A DNA stretch of 64,000 bases, from positions 4,174 through 68,173 of the forward strand of contig CASFJW010000048.1 of NCBI GenBank assembly GCA_949295105.1, written 5' to 3'. The notes under the pieces are model-generated. The model saw nothing but the letters and a program-made list of their open reading frames with translations, did no database searches and had not been told where the DNA came from. Below, in pieces: positions 10,064-21,700 of the stretch; position 1 is the stretch's first letter, and every line of letters begins with the position of its first letter. Source of the stretch: an uncultured Lentisphaeria bacterium (lineage in GTDB: Bacteria; Verrucomicrobiota; Lentisphaeria; Victivallales; Victivallaceae). The position numbers were made by a program, and so were the translations under genes.

Positions 10064-11304
10064 GAACCGGATTGGTTTCCGCGGCCGCGGCGTTGCTGGT
10101 CACCGTGGCAACGCTGTTACCCGGAGTTGCGGAAAATTCCGGCGCGCCGTTGATTTACGTCGATGAGGAGATCGAACGTCCCGCCGTAACCGAAACCGGT
10201 TCCGTGGTGACAATCTCAGCCCCCGGCGGCGACAGCGTTGCCGGTACTCCGGCGGGGATGGCGGCGGCCCGGCTGGCGGCGCACGACAGGATATTTCAGT
10301 GGACGCCGTCACCGGCGCGCCGGGCGACCGGCGGGGCGGACCTGGTCGGCGCGGCGCTCTCTCCGGATGAAAGCCTGCTGGTGCTCGCCGAACGGGTCGG
10401 CGGCGAAGGAGAACTGAACTCCACCCGGCTGATTCTGATCAACCTTCTCAACGGCAAGATTGCAAACATCCTGGAGATCCGGGAACGGCGGCTCGGGGAG
10501 ATAATTTTTCCGCCGGGAGGAGATGCGGTGGTGGCGATTCAGTACGCCCAGCCGGAATTCGACCATCCGGCGGGTCTGGTGCTGATCGATCTGCGCAGTG
10601 GGGGCATCCGGTCGGAATCCGCCCCGATGCCGGAGGCGCCGCGTTCGTTGTCTTCGAACGGGGAGAGCGTGTGGTACACGCTGCCGGGCGAGGATGAATA
10701 CTTTTTTGAATTGAAACTCTCCAACCTCGCCGGAGAAGCGCTTTCCCGCCGCACCCGGGCGACGGTTCCGCGGCTGCTGCTCGACGGCGGCGGTCGCGAT
10801 CTGGTGGTATACGGCAGAGGCCGCTGCGAATACTACCGCCTCGAAGCGAACGGGGCTACCTACGACGGCGGAATTGCCCTGCCGGAGAAGTTCTCTCCGG
10901 AATGGGCGGCGGTGACGACGCTGCCCGGCGGGCGGAACATTGTTTTCGGGGAAGCTGACGGTCCGGCCTTTCTGATCGGCGGCGGAGGAGCCCTCCGGAT
11001 CGCCGACAAATCCGGCGTGCAGAGCTGCTGCCTGCCCTCCGACGGAACACTGCTGCTGGCGATCGAAGCCCGGGATGCACTCGTCCCTTACGCGCTGCCG
11101 AATACCGCTCCGGGACGCGAAATCATCCCCGGACGTATCAAGCCGGTAAACCGCAACCGGATCTGGCGGCTGATTCCGCGCAGCGGTGCGGAAGATAATC
11201 TCGTTCTGGTCGACATCCGCGGCAATGTCTTCACGCTGACGGTCGATGAGCGGAGGCCGAAAAAAAATCCGGTGCTGATCGTCGATCGCACCGGTATCAA
11301 GTAA
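10060..11304 (+). CDS. Secreted hypothetical protein (possibly beta-propeller-like)
   Basis: 414-aa ORF whose ATGA start overlaps the kinase stop. It has a signal peptide (MRTGLVSAAAALLVTVATLLPGVA) and repetitive beta-rich segments. I recognise no family. Confidence 0.6.
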   Translation: MRTGLVSAAAALLVTVATLLPGVAENSGAPLIYVDEEIERPAVTETGSVVTISAPGGDSVAGTPAGMAAARLAAHDRIFQWTPSPARRATGGADLVGAALSPDESLLVLAERVGGEGELNSTRLILINLLNGKIANILEIRERRLGEIIFPPGGDAVVAIQYAQPEFDHPAGLVLIDLRSGGIRSESAPMPEAPRSLSSNGESVWYTLPGEDEYFFELKLSNLAGEALSRRTRATVPRLLLDGGGRDLVVYGRGRCEYYRLEANGATYDGGIALPEKFSPEWAAVTTLPGGRNIVFGEADGPAFLIGGGGALRIADKSGVQSCCLPSDGTLLLAIEARDALVPYALPNTAPGREIIPGRIKPVNRNRIWRLIPRSGAEDNLVLVDIRGNVFTLTVDERRPKKNPVLIVDRTGIK

Positions 11305-11479
11305 GCCGTTGAACCGGTTCCGGATCCGGAGAGTTCCCCGCCGAAGGCGCGGGAACCCCGGCGCCGGTTATTTTTTACCTTGAAAGATGGTTGTACAGAA
11401 CAATTTTGTTATATATGCGGCGCCGGTGTTCCCGACGCCGGATTCACTTTCAAATCGATTGCGGAATGGAGGAAAAGAG

Positions 11480-11722
11480 ATGCCGATTTTTCGTTATGAG
11501 TGTCGCAGTTGCGGGAAAAACTTTGAACTTCTACTGCCCCGTTTTGATTCGGAAGCGGCCTGTCCGGAGTGCGGTTCGCACGATCTGGCCAAGGCGCTGA
11601 ACCATTTCGCCGCGGTTACCGGACGGAGTTCGGGCGGTTGCGCCGCCCGCGGAGAATGTCCGGCGGCCGGTTCGCCGGGCTGCGGTTGCGGCTGCGGCTG
11701 CGGCGGTCACCATTCCCATTAA
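11480..11722 (+). CDS. FmdB-family zinc-ribbon regulatory protein (CxxC_CxxC_SSSS)
   Basis: MPIFRYECRSCGKNFELL...CPECGSHDL with a GGAGGAAAAG RBS, and a Cys/His/Gly-rich tail (GCGCGCGCGGHHSH). Confidence 0.8.
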   Translation: MPIFRYECRSCGKNFELLLPRFDSEAACPECGSHDLAKALNHFAAVTGRSSGGCAARGECPAAGSPGCGCGCGCGGHHSH

Positions 11723-11736
11723 CGCCGGTGCCGTAC

Positions 11737-12579
11737 ATGAACAAAAAGGAGCTGCTCACCGAACTCGAAAAACTCGGGATGCGTCCCGGCCGCGGTCTCG
11801 GTCAGAATTTCCTGCTCGACGGAAACCTGCTCGATCGGATTGTGAGGCTCGGAGAGTTTGAACCGGGAGCACGAATACTGGAGGTGGGACCGGGATTCGG
11901 CGCGCTGACGCGACGGCTGCTGGCGGCGGGGGCGCAAATCTGTGCGATTGAGTTCGACCACCGGATCGCCGAATACCTGCGTCATGAAGTGTCCGATCCC
12001 GCGCTGGAACTGATCGAAGGCGATGCCTGCCGCATCGATCTGTCGACGTTGTTCGGAGGAGCGGACTACCGGATCATCGCCAATCTGCCCTATGCAATCA
12101 GTTCGGTTTTCATCGCGAAGGTGCTGGAACTCGACCAGCTGCCCGACCGGATGGTGTTCATGCTTCAGCGGGAGATGGCCGAACGACTCGCCGCCGCCCC
12201 CGGCACCAAAGCCTACGGTGCGCTTTCAGTGCGGACTCAATTTTTCTACCGGCTTAAAATCGAGAAGATCGTGCCGCCGGAGGTCTTCTATCCGCCGCCG
12301 GAGGTCGAATCGGCGGTGCTCACGCTGTCGCTGCGAGGGGAGTTCCCCGGCGATCCCGCCATTCGCAAACGCCTTGCCTCATTGGCCAGACTGCTCTTTT
12401 CCCAGCGGCGCAAACAGGTGGGGAAGGTACTCGGAGGAGCTTACGGGCGCGATCGGGCGGCGACGGCGCTGGCGAAATGCGGCCTGCCTCCGGAAATTCG
12501 TCCGGACCGGATCGACATCGCCAAATTTGCGGCGCTGGCGGCAGCTCTGGACGGCGACACGGACTTGAAAAATCCCTGA
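11737..12579 (+). CDS. rsmA: 16S rRNA (adenine1518/1519-N6)-dimethyltransferase
   Basis: MNKKELL...GQNFLLDGNLLDRIV...ILEVGPGFGALT...IIANLPYAISS. The longer ORF starting at 11569 overlaps the fmdB-like gene and was rejected. Confidence 0.9.
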   Translation: MNKKELLTELEKLGMRPGRGLGQNFLLDGNLLDRIVRLGEFEPGARILEVGPGFGALTRRLLAAGAQICAIEFDHRIAEYLRHEVSDPALELIEGDACRIDLSTLFGGADYRIIANLPYAISSVFIAKVLELDQLPDRMVFMLQREMAERLAAAPGTKAYGALSVRTQFFYRLKIEKIVPPEVFYPPPEVESAVLTLSLRGEFPGDPAIRKRLASLARLLFSQRRKQVGKVLGGAYGRDRAATALAKCGLPPEIRPDRIDIAKFAALAAALDGDTDLKNP

Positions 12580-12694
12580 CTGGAGGCTATATTAAATGAA
12601 TCGCGTCGGAGTATCCGACGAAACAACAATTCAACCCATGGCGACTTGATAACAATTTAAAGCGCCGCGAAGAGAAGGAAAGGATGCCGTAAAA

Positions 12695-13633
12695 ATGGCG
12701 AAGATCACTGTCAACGATTTACTGGAAGCCGGTTGTCATTTCGGACACCAGACCCGCCGCTGGAACCCGAAGATGAAGGAGTATGTCTACGGGGCGAAGA
12801 ACGGCATCAGCATCATCGACCTCACCAAGACCATGTATCAGATCGCCGGCGCCTGCAACTTCCTGCAGCGGGTGGTCGCCGACGGCGGTGATGTGCTCTT
12901 TGTCGGCACCAAGCGCCAGCTTCGCGATCTCATCCGCAATCTGGCGGAAGAGACGGGGATGTACAGCGTTTCCGAGCGCTGGCTCGGCGGAACTCTGACC
13001 AACAACGTGACGATCCGCAAGAGCATCGAGAAGATGAACGAAATCGATGCGACGCTCAATTCCGACGCGATCAATGCGATGAAGAAAAAGGAGGTTTCGA
13101 GCCTCACCCGCCACGCCGAGAAGCTTCACCGCGATCTCGACGGCATCGCCGGAATGAAGAAGCTGCCGGCGGCGCTGGTGGTCGTCGACGTCTGCAACGA
13201 ACTCAACGCGGTTCGGGAAGCGGTGAAACTTCACATTCCGATCGTGGCGATCGTCGATACCAACGGCGACCCGACGATGATCGATTACCCGGTGGCCGCC
13301 AACGATGATGCGATCAAGTCGGTCGAAATCATCACCGGACTCTTCAAGGAGGCGATCAAGATCGCCCGGGAGATCCACTTCAAGCGCGTTGCCGAAGCCC
13401 GCGACGCCGCCGAAGCGGCCAAGAAGATCGCCCAGGAAAAGGCTGAGGACGAAGAGGCCGAGGAGAAGAGCGCTGCACCGAAGCGCCGGGCGCCGCGCCG
13501 CAAGAGCGAGGGCGAAGGCGAGACCAAGCGCGAATCCAAACCGCGCACCCGCAAGAGTGCGGCGACCGAGGCTCCTGCCGAGGCGGCTGCGGAAGCTCCG
13601 GCGGAAGCACCGGCTGCCGACAAGGCTGAGTAA
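12695..13633 (+). CDS. rpsB: 30S ribosomal protein S2 (with ~80-aa K/A/E-rich C-terminal extension)
   Basis: LLEAGCHFGHQTRRWNPKM, FVGTKRQ, ERWLGGTLTN. Confidence 0.95.
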   Translation: MAKITVNDLLEAGCHFGHQTRRWNPKMKEYVYGAKNGISIIDLTKTMYQIAGACNFLQRVVADGGDVLFVGTKRQLRDLIRNLAEETGMYSVSERWLGGTLTNNVTIRKSIEKMNEIDATLNSDAINAMKKKEVSSLTRHAEKLHRDLDGIAGMKKLPAALVVVDVCNELNAVREAVKLHIPIVAIVDTNGDPTMIDYPVAANDDAIKSVEIITGLFKEAIKIAREIHFKRVAEARDAAEAAKKIAQEKAEDEEAEEKSAAPKRRAPRRKSEGEGETKRESKPRTRKSAATEAPAEAAAEAPAEAPAADKAE

Positions 13634-13693
13634 TCGGCTGTTGACGGAATGTTTGAGAGAATTCAGCATATATAATCAGGACATGGCAGAAAT

Positions 13694-14500
13694 ATGATTA
13701 CCGCGAAAATGGTTCAGGACCTCCGGGAGAAGACCGGAGCCGGGATGATGGATTGCAAGAAGGCGCTGGTTGCCGCCGACGGCGACATGGAGCTGGCGAT
13801 TGAAAACCTCCGTAAATCCGGAGCCGCGAAGGCGGAGAAGAAATCCGGCCGCGCTACCAACCAGGGCAAGGTGCTCACCAAGATCGCCGACGGCAAAGCG
13901 GCGATCGTGGAAGTTCTCTGTGAGACCGATTTTGCGGCCAAGACCGACAAGTTCGGGGCGATGGTCGATCACATTCTGGACACCGCGCTGGCGGTGGACG
14001 GCGACGGAGATGTAACCGCTCAGGTCAACGAGATCGACAAGGATTTCCTGACCAGCCATATCGCGACGATCGGCGAGAATATGCAGATCCGCCGCGCGGC
14101 CAAGTGGGTCAGCAACGGGGCGACCGCCTTTGCCGGTTATCACCATGACAACGGCCGTATCAGCGTACTGGTCGAGGCCGAGGGCGCCGATCCGGTGCTG
14201 CTCAATGACATTTGCCTGCACATCGCGGCGTTCAATCCGACCTACATCTGCTCTTCGGAAGTTCCCGAGCAGGTGATCGCCAAGGAGAAGGAGATCGCGA
14301 TGGCCGCCGATCCTTCGCTGGCCAAAAAGCCGGAGAACATCATTGCCAAAATTCTTGACGGCAAGATTGCGAAGTTCTTCTCCGAAGTCTGCCTGATGAA
14401 TCAGAACTGGGTCAAGGATGACAAAACTTCGCTCGCGAAGCTCTACCCGAACCTGAAAGTCCGCCGCTTCGTCCGCTGGGCGGTCGGCGAAGAACAATAA
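13694..14500 (+). CDS. tsf: Translation elongation factor Ts
   Basis: MITAKMVQDLREKTGAGMMDCKKAL, immediately downstream of rpsB. Confidence 0.95.
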   Translation: MITAKMVQDLREKTGAGMMDCKKALVAADGDMELAIENLRKSGAAKAEKKSGRATNQGKVLTKIADGKAAIVEVLCETDFAAKTDKFGAMVDHILDTALAVDGDGDVTAQVNEIDKDFLTSHIATIGENMQIRRAAKWVSNGATAFAGYHHDNGRISVLVEAEGADPVLLNDICLHIAAFNPTYICSSEVPEQVIAKEKEIAMAADPSLAKKPENIIAKILDGKIAKFFSEVCLMNQNWVKDDKTSLAKLYPNLKVRRFVRWAVGEEQ

Positions 14501-14519
14501 TCCGGGATAACCCCATTAA

Positions 14520-15539
<1,020 letters not shown>

Positions 15540-15562
15540 GCGAAAGATTTTTTCGACCTGGA

Positions 15563-15595
15563 AACGGGCGGGCGCAACGCCCGCCCGTTTTATTT
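15563..15595 (+). terminator. Rho-independent terminator after gap
   Basis: Perfect 12-bp stem AACGGGCGGGCG-CAA-CGCCCGCCCGTT followed by TTATTT. Confidence 0.7.
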
Positions 15596-15623
15596 AGAAC
15601 CTGAAAAGAGGAGTTGTGATTTT

Positions 15624-16880
15624 ATGAATAAGAAAACTCTGCGTGATGTCGATCTCAAAGGCAAGCGCGTAGTGATGCGCGTTGACTTCAACGTTCCGAT
15701 CAAAGAGGGAGTCATCCGGGACGACACCCGGATCAAGGGCGCGCTTCCCTCGATCAAATATGTGCTCGACAACGGCGGCAGCCTGGTGCTGATGAGCCAT
15801 CTCGGCCGTCCCTCCGGCAAAGGCTACGAAGCCGATTTCAGTCTGAAACCCGTCGCCGAATATCTGAGCAAGGTTCTCGGCAAGCCGGTCGCCTTTGCCC
15901 CCGACTGTGCCGCTGCCGGTGAAATGGCCGCTGCGCTCAAACCCGGCGAAGTGCTGATGCTCGAAAATACCCGCTTCTACAAGGAAGAAGAGGGCAAGGT
16001 CAAGAAGAGCGACGAGATGAGCGACGCCGAATATCAGGAGAAAAAGGCCGCGATGAAGGCGAAACAGCAGCAGCTGGCCGAGAAACTCGCCTCCTACGGG
16101 GACCTCTACTGCAACGATGCATTCGGTTCCGCCCACCGCGCCCACGCTTCGACCGCGGTCGTCTGCAAGTACATCAAGGGTGCTTCGGTCGCCGGATTCC
16201 TGATGGAGAAGGAGCTCGAATATCTCGGCAGCGCGGTGGAAAATCCCGTGCGTCCCTTTGTCGCCATTCTCGGCGGCGCCAAGGTTTCCGACAAGCTCGC
16301 GGTCGTCCGCAACCTGCTCGGCAAGGTTGACACGCTGATCATCGGCGGCGGCATGGCCTACACCTTCCTCAAGGCCGAGGGACATTCGGTGGGAAATTCG
16401 CTCTGCGAACTTGACCAGCTCGACTATGCCCGCGAAATGATCGACCTTGCGAAGTCGCGCAACGTCAAGCTGATGCTGCCGATTGACAACATTGCTGCCG
16501 ATCGCTTCGCCGCCGACGCCGATACCCGGGTGGTCGGCGCGGACATCCCCGACGGCTGGATGGCTCTCGATATCGGTCCGGAAACCACTAAACTTTACGC
16601 GGATGTGGTTCGCAACGCCAAAACGGTGGTGTGGAATGGGCCGATGGGCTGCTTTGAAATGGAGAAATTCGCGGCCGGTACCTTCGGCGTCTGCAAGGCG
16701 GTCGCTGAAGTCAAGGCCAATGGCGGCGTTTCAATCATCGGCGGCGGCGACAGCGTTTCCGCGGTCAATAAGTCCGGTCTGGCCGACAAGATGAGCCATA
16801 TCTCCACCGGTGGCGGAGCTTCGCTGGAATTTCTCGAAGGCAAACAGCTTCCCGGCGTAGCCGCGCTCAACGATAAATAA
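15624..16880 (+). CDS. pgk: Phosphoglycerate kinase
   Basis: [31 protein letters not shown]. 418 aa. Confidence 0.95.
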   Translation: MNKKTLRDVDLKGKRVVMRVDFNVPIKEGVIRDDTRIKGALPSIKYVLDNGGSLVLMSHLGRPSGKGYEADFSLKPVAEYLSKVLGKPVAFAPDCAAAGEMAAALKPGEVLMLENTRFYKEEEGKVKKSDEMSDAEYQEKKAAMKAKQQQLAEKLASYGDLYCNDAFGSAHRAHASTAVVCKYIKGASVAGFLMEKELEYLGSAVENPVRPFVAILGGAKVSDKLAVVRNLLGKVDTLIIGGGMAYTFLKAEGHSVGNSLCELDQLDYAREMIDLAKSRNVKLMLPIDNIAADRFAADADTRVVGADIPDGWMALDIGPETTKLYADVVRNAKTVVWNGPMGCFEMEKFAAGTFGVCKAVAEVKANGGVSIIGGGDSVSAVNKSGLADKMSHISTGGGASLEFLEGKQLPGVAALNDK

Positions 16881-16903
16881 TCGGCGCCAAGCCCTGCTGT
16901 TTC

Positions 16904-16938
16904 GGCGAAAACGGGGGATCCTTGTTTTCGCCGTTTTC
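16904..16938 (+). terminator. Rho-independent terminator after pgk
   Basis: GGCGAAAAC-(11-nt loop)-GTTTTCGCC followed by GTTTTC. Confidence 0.6.
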
Positions 16939-17203
16939 AACAATCAGAAAGAGCTCTGCGTTGTTTCGGTCGGAGAGGGGAAGAGGCTCCTCTTTTCGCC
17001 GTGTTCAAAGGCGGACGACCGACAGCGGTGCGCTGATAGGTGAAAAGAAAGCAGGCAAATGCCGGGGGAGAGGGGAACCTCTCCTAACGGCCTTCAAACT
17101 GTAGACCGGTTTTTCCGGAAAGGCATGGTGGTGGAACTCCTCCGGTTACGGCATCCCGTTTCGGAGTCGTTCTTGAGCCACCATCAGGACTGTTTAAACT
17201 CAC

Positions 17204-17244
17204 AACACCCGCGACAACCAGATCGCGGGCGTTGTTTTCATTTC
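17204..17244 (+). terminator. Second terminator-like hairpin inside the pgk/RND intergenic region
   Basis: AACACCCGCGA-(8-nt loop)-TCGCGGGCGTT (one mismatch) followed by GTTTTCATTT. Confidence 0.4.
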
Positions 17245-17520
17245 GACGCCGGAATACCGGATCCCGTATCCATGAAGTCCTAACCCACTCCGGTCGAATG
17301 AAACTCTATTCTTCGGCACCGGGCATGAAAGATTTTTCAGCGGCAAAAAATGAGCTGTTCGGGAGCTTTTCGTCGAAAAAAAGCCATTTCCGCAAATTTT
17401 TATTAATTTCCTCTGTTCGTATAAAATAAAATCGTTTTTTAGCCCGTTTTACGGGTAACCGGATGAGCGTTTTCCGGTTGGGGTGGGTGCGTCTGATTGT
17501 AACCGCGGAGAAAATTCGGC

Positions 17521-18783
17521 ATGGTATCAAGAAAGAAAATCACCGCCGCAGTATTGCTGACGGGGGTCGCCGCGTTGGCGGTGTTTGTGGGCTACCGGGT
17601 GGCGACGACCACCGATCCGACGAAACAGAAGGCCAAAGTGGAAGCCCCGGTCGTCGTCAACATGGTATTGCCGGAAACCGAAACCATGCGTGACGAACGC
17701 AGTTTTTCCGGCACCACCTGGGCGTGGAGTTCCTACGATATCGATCCCAAGGTTTCCGGCAAACTTGAAAAGCTCAACTTCGATATCGGCGACGCGATCA
17801 AACGCGGTGACCTCATCGCCAAGATCGATGATGTGGAATATATCCAGCAACTGCGACAGGCGGAGGCGAACCTCGAACTGGCCCGCGCCAAATCAATCGA
17901 AGCCGCCGAACTGCTGAAGCTGCGCACCAATGAATATAACCGTCAGGTGCAGCTCTTCGAAAAAAACGCCACTACCCAGGCGAGTTTCGAGTCCGCCGAA
18001 AGCACCATGAAAGCCCAGACGGCAACTGCGGCGATGTGTGAGGCCGAGGTGAAAAGCTGGGAAGCGCAGGTGGCGAATGCCCAGTTACGGGTGGCCGACA
18101 CCACGATTTCCGCCGACTGGACGAGTGGTTCCGATTACCGATATGTCGGCGAACGCTACGTTGACGAGGGGACATTGATTGCCACCGGCAAACCGATTCT
18201 TCAGATTCTGGAACTCGACCGGATCAAAGTCTATGTCCAGGTCATCGAACGCGACTATCCCTACCTGCAGATCGGTCAGGAAACGACCGTCGTCGCCGAT
18301 GCTTATCCGGAACGGGAATTTTCCGGTACCATCACCAACATCGCCAACGCGCTGAGCGAGAAAACCCGCAACGCGCTGGCGGTGATAACAGTCCCGAACA
18401 ACGATCTCAGTCTGCGTCCGGGCATGTTCGTCCGGGTAAAAGTGGTGCTCTCCGTACACACCGACGCCCAGACGGTGCCGCTCAACGCCGTGCTGACCAA
18501 GAACAACGTTCAGGGGGTGTTCTGCTACGATCGGAAAACCGAGACCGCGCAGTTCGTACCGGTCAAGACCGGTCTCTCGACCCGCGAGCGGGTGGAGATC
18601 GTTGAACCCGAACTGACCATGCCGGTCATCACCGTCGGCAACCATCTGCTGGAGTCCGGCAAACCGGTGGCCATCTCCGAACTGTCACGCCGCCAGCTGG
18701 TCGATTCACTCTACCAGAAAGGCAAAACGGCGGATCCGGAAAAAACCCAGAACGATCAGCCCGGGGATGATGTCCAGCCATGA
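17521..18783 (+). CDS. Efflux RND transporter periplasmic adaptor (membrane-fusion protein, HlyD family)
   Basis: N-terminal TM anchor, a lipoyl-like motif (GDLIAKIDD), a coiled-coil hairpin and beta-barrel segments. The 4-nt ATGA overlap couples it to the RND permease. Confidence 0.85.
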   Translation: MVSRKKITAAVLLTGVAALAVFVGYRVATTTDPTKQKAKVEAPVVVNMVLPETETMRDERSFSGTTWAWSSYDIDPKVSGKLEKLNFDIGDAIKRGDLIAKIDDVEYIQQLRQAEANLELARAKSIEAAELLKLRTNEYNRQVQLFEKNATTQASFESAESTMKAQTATAAMCEAEVKSWEAQVANAQLRVADTTISADWTSGSDYRYVGERYVDEGTLIATGKPILQILELDRIKVYVQVIERDYPYLQIGQETTVVADAYPEREFSGTITNIANALSEKTRNALAVITVPNNDLSLRPGMFVRVKVVLSVHTDAQTVPLNAVLTKNNVQGVFCYDRKTETAQFVPVKTGLSTRERVEIVEPELTMPVITVGNHLLESGKPVAISELSRRQLVDSLYQKGKTADPEKTQNDQPGDDVQP

Positions 18784-21700
18784 ACATCGCTGAATTTTCC
18801 GTCCGGCGGCCGATCTTCATCTCGATGGTCTGCTGTATTGTGATCGTCCTCGGCGGTATCGCCCTGCGTTACCTGCCGGTGGACCTCTTTCCGGAAATCG
18901 ATTTTCCGGCGGTTTCCATCACCACCACCTACGATGACGCCAGTCCCGAAGAGGTCGAGGAATTGATCTCCCGCCCGATCGAACGCGCCATCAGCGCGGT
19001 CACCGGCATTGAGGAGATCAGTTCCAATTCCGCCGAGGAGACCAGTTCGGTCACGGTGAAGTTCACCTGGGGAACCAACCTCGAGGAGGCGGTTTCCGAT
19101 ATCCGGGACCGCATCGACCGGGTCATCAAATCGCTGCCGGATGACGTGGAACGCCCGACGCTGCGCCGTTTCGATTCGTCGGCGATGCCGATCATGCGAC
19201 TCGGCGTGAGTACCTCCATGGATCTGCTCGAAGCCAACAAACTGCTCGAGGACCAGGTGCAGTACCGGCTCGAACGTATCGAAGGCGTCGCCTCCGCCAA
19301 CATCACCGGCGGCCTCACCCGGGAAATTCAGGTGCTGCTCGACGTCGACAAGGCGAAGTTGCTCAACATCCCGCTCAATACCCTGCTCGAAAAACTGCGG
19401 GCGGCCAACGTCACCACTCCGGCCGGCAACCTCAAATCCGGAACCAAGGAAATCCGGATGCGCACCCTCGGCACCTTCGAAACCCTTGACGATATCCGCA
19501 ATCTTTTCGTCACCATCGGACCGGATGGTTCGCACATCCTGCTCAAGGACATCGCCGAGGTGATCGATACCCATACCGACGTTACCCGCCACGTCCGAAT
19601 CAACGGAAAACCGGGTATCTACATTCAGATCTACAAACAGTCCGGCGCCAATACCGTCGCGGTGGCCACGGCGGTCAGCGAGGAACTCGAAAAGATCAAC
19701 GAGGAGATGAGCCACGAATTCAACATCGTCGCCGTCTCCGACTCCTCGGAATACATCCGCCGGTCGATCGACAACGTCGCCGACACCGCGGTCACCGGCG
19801 GTCTGCTCGCAGTGATTGTGTTGTTCATGTTTCTCTGCAACATCCGCAGTACGCTGATCATCGCGCTCAGCATCCCGCTCTCGGTGATTGCAACTTTCGT
19901 GCTGGTTTACTTCTGCGGTTACACCATCAACATCATGACCCTGGGTGGACTTGCCCTCGGCGTCGGCATGCTGGTGGACAATTCGATCGTGGTGCTCGAA
20001 AACATCGTCCGACTTCACGATGAGGGCATGGAGCGCAAGGAGGCGGCGATCCAGGGAACCAGCGAAGTCACCGGGGCGTTGGTCGCCAGTACTCTCACCA
20101 CGGTGGCGGTGTTTCTGCCGCTGGTCTTTACCCAGGGCATGGCGGGAGTGATGTTCCGTCAGCTGGCGGTGGTGATCGCGTTCTCGCTGCTCTGTTCGCT
20201 GGTCTCGGCGCTTTCACTGGTGCCGATGCTCGCCGGGTTGCTGCTCAGCAAAAGTCTTCATTCAGGGAGTTCCGATTCATGGTCAGCTCGGCTGGGCGGG
20301 ATCTTTCTCCGGGCCTTCGACGCCCTCTCCGACTACTACGCGGAGATGCTTGATCTCGTGTTGCGCCACCGGCTGATGACCATTATGATCTCGTTGCTGC
20401 TGCTGGCGGCTTCGCTGCTGCTGACGCCGATGATCGGTACCGAACTGATGCCGTCGAGTGACGAGGGACAGCTGCGAATCGAACTCGAGGACGCCGTCGG
20501 TACCGGCGCCGATTTCGTAAATGAAACGGTAATGATAACCGAACCGATCATCCGGCGAGAAGTCCCCGGCCTGATCAGCTGGACCAGTTCCGCCGGGGCC
20601 AGCAGCTGGCGTTCGGACGGCGGTCACAAGGCGGACTACAACCTGAAATTGACCCCGCGCTCACAGCGCGAAGAGAGTTCCGAAGCCATCGCCGCGCGGC
20701 TCGGAAAGATCCTCAACCAATTGCCGGGCACTGTATTCCGGGTACGCTCCCGCCAATCCTTCTTCGGCGGCAGCAGCGGCGGGGAATCGCTGACCATCGA
20801 TGTCCGCGGCTTTGATTTTCAAACCTCCGAGGAGCTGGCCAAACAGATCTCGGAAATCGTCGCCGGCGTCCACGGCGTCACCGACGTGCGGCTCAGCCGC
20901 GATCTCGGCATGCCGGAAACCCGCGTGATCATCGACCGCCAGAAAGCGGGAATCATGAAAATTTCCGTCGAAACCATCGCCGACACCCTGCGGACGGTTC
21001 TGGCCGGCAGCGAAGCGGGCAACTTCCGTGAAGACGGCGACGAATATGAGATCCTGGTCAAGGTGCGGGATGCCGATCAGCTTAACGCCGAACGTATTCT
21101 TGATATGACCGCCCGCAACGATGACGGTGAAAGCATCGCTCTGCGCAACCTCGTGACAATGGAACAGGTATTGGGTCCGGTGGCGATCGAACGTAAAAAC
21201 CAGCAGCGGGTGTTGACCGTTTCGGCGAACCTTTTCGAACGCGACCTCGGTTCCGCGGTCGCCGAGGTCAGAGAGAAGCTCAAGGCGCTCGAACCCCTGC
21301 CGGCGGAATTTTCCATCGCGTTTACCGGCAATTACGAAGATCAACAGGAGACCTTTGAAGAGCTGGGAATGGCCTTCGCACTTGCGCTGATACTGGTCTA
21401 CATGGTGATGGCCTGCCAGTTCGAATCGCTGATCGACCCGCTGATTGTGATGTTCTCGGTGCCGTTAAGTGCCATCGGGGTACTGATCGCGCTTTTCACC
21501 ACCTACACCACTTTCAACATGCAGTCCTTCATCGGATGTGTGATGCTCGCCGGAATCGTGGTGAACAACGCCATTCTGCTGGTGGATACCGCTAATCTGC
21601 TGCGCCGGCGCGACGGAATGAAGCTCAGCGTCGCGATCCGGGAAACCGGCAGACGGCGGCTGCGGCCGATTCTGATGACCACGTTGACCACGGTTCTCGG

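Noticed and set aside
11569-11736. N-terminal extension of the rsmA ORF overlapping the fmdB-like gene in another frame
   Set aside because: The extension is Arg-rich (RLRLRLRR) and derives from the GC-rich Cys/Gly codon repeats of the fmdB tail. The ATG at 11737 gives a normal RsmA N-terminus.
13388-13630. ~80-aa low-complexity K/A/E/P-rich C-terminal extension of ribosomal protein S2
   Set aside because: Ribosomal proteins in several phyla carry such tails, and S3, L24 and AccA here also have extensions. The feature is real but not evidently functional or unusual enough to flag.
13683-13697. Mini-ORF ATG GCA GAA ATA TGA (MAEI*) overlapping the tsf start. MAEI is the canonical EF-Ts N-terminus, which raised the possibility of a frameshift or indel
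   Set aside because: The ATG at 13694 yields MITAKMVQDLREKTGAGMMDCKKAL, which aligns fully with EF-Ts. The upstream ATG is only 2 nt from the AGGA Shine-Dalgarno. This is most likely coincidence or a harmless relic.
15993-16073. ~25-aa Lys/Glu/Ala-rich insertion in Pgk ([30 protein letters not shown])
   Set aside because: As I recall, a comparable insertion at this position exists in the Pgk of other lineages, such as Bacteroidetes. It is a lineage-typical variant, not a novelty.
18756-20018. 420-aa minus-strand ORF inside the RND permease gene, with similar cases at 42395..43594 (antisense to the L,D-transpeptidase), 45327..46256 (antisense to the URO-D gene), 12719..13669 (antisense to rpsB) and 38591..39838 (antisense to the rdgC-like gene)
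   Set aside because: These are antisense to genes with unambiguous family signatures. Their composition is dominated by D/R/G/H or R/P runs. I found no independent start signals.
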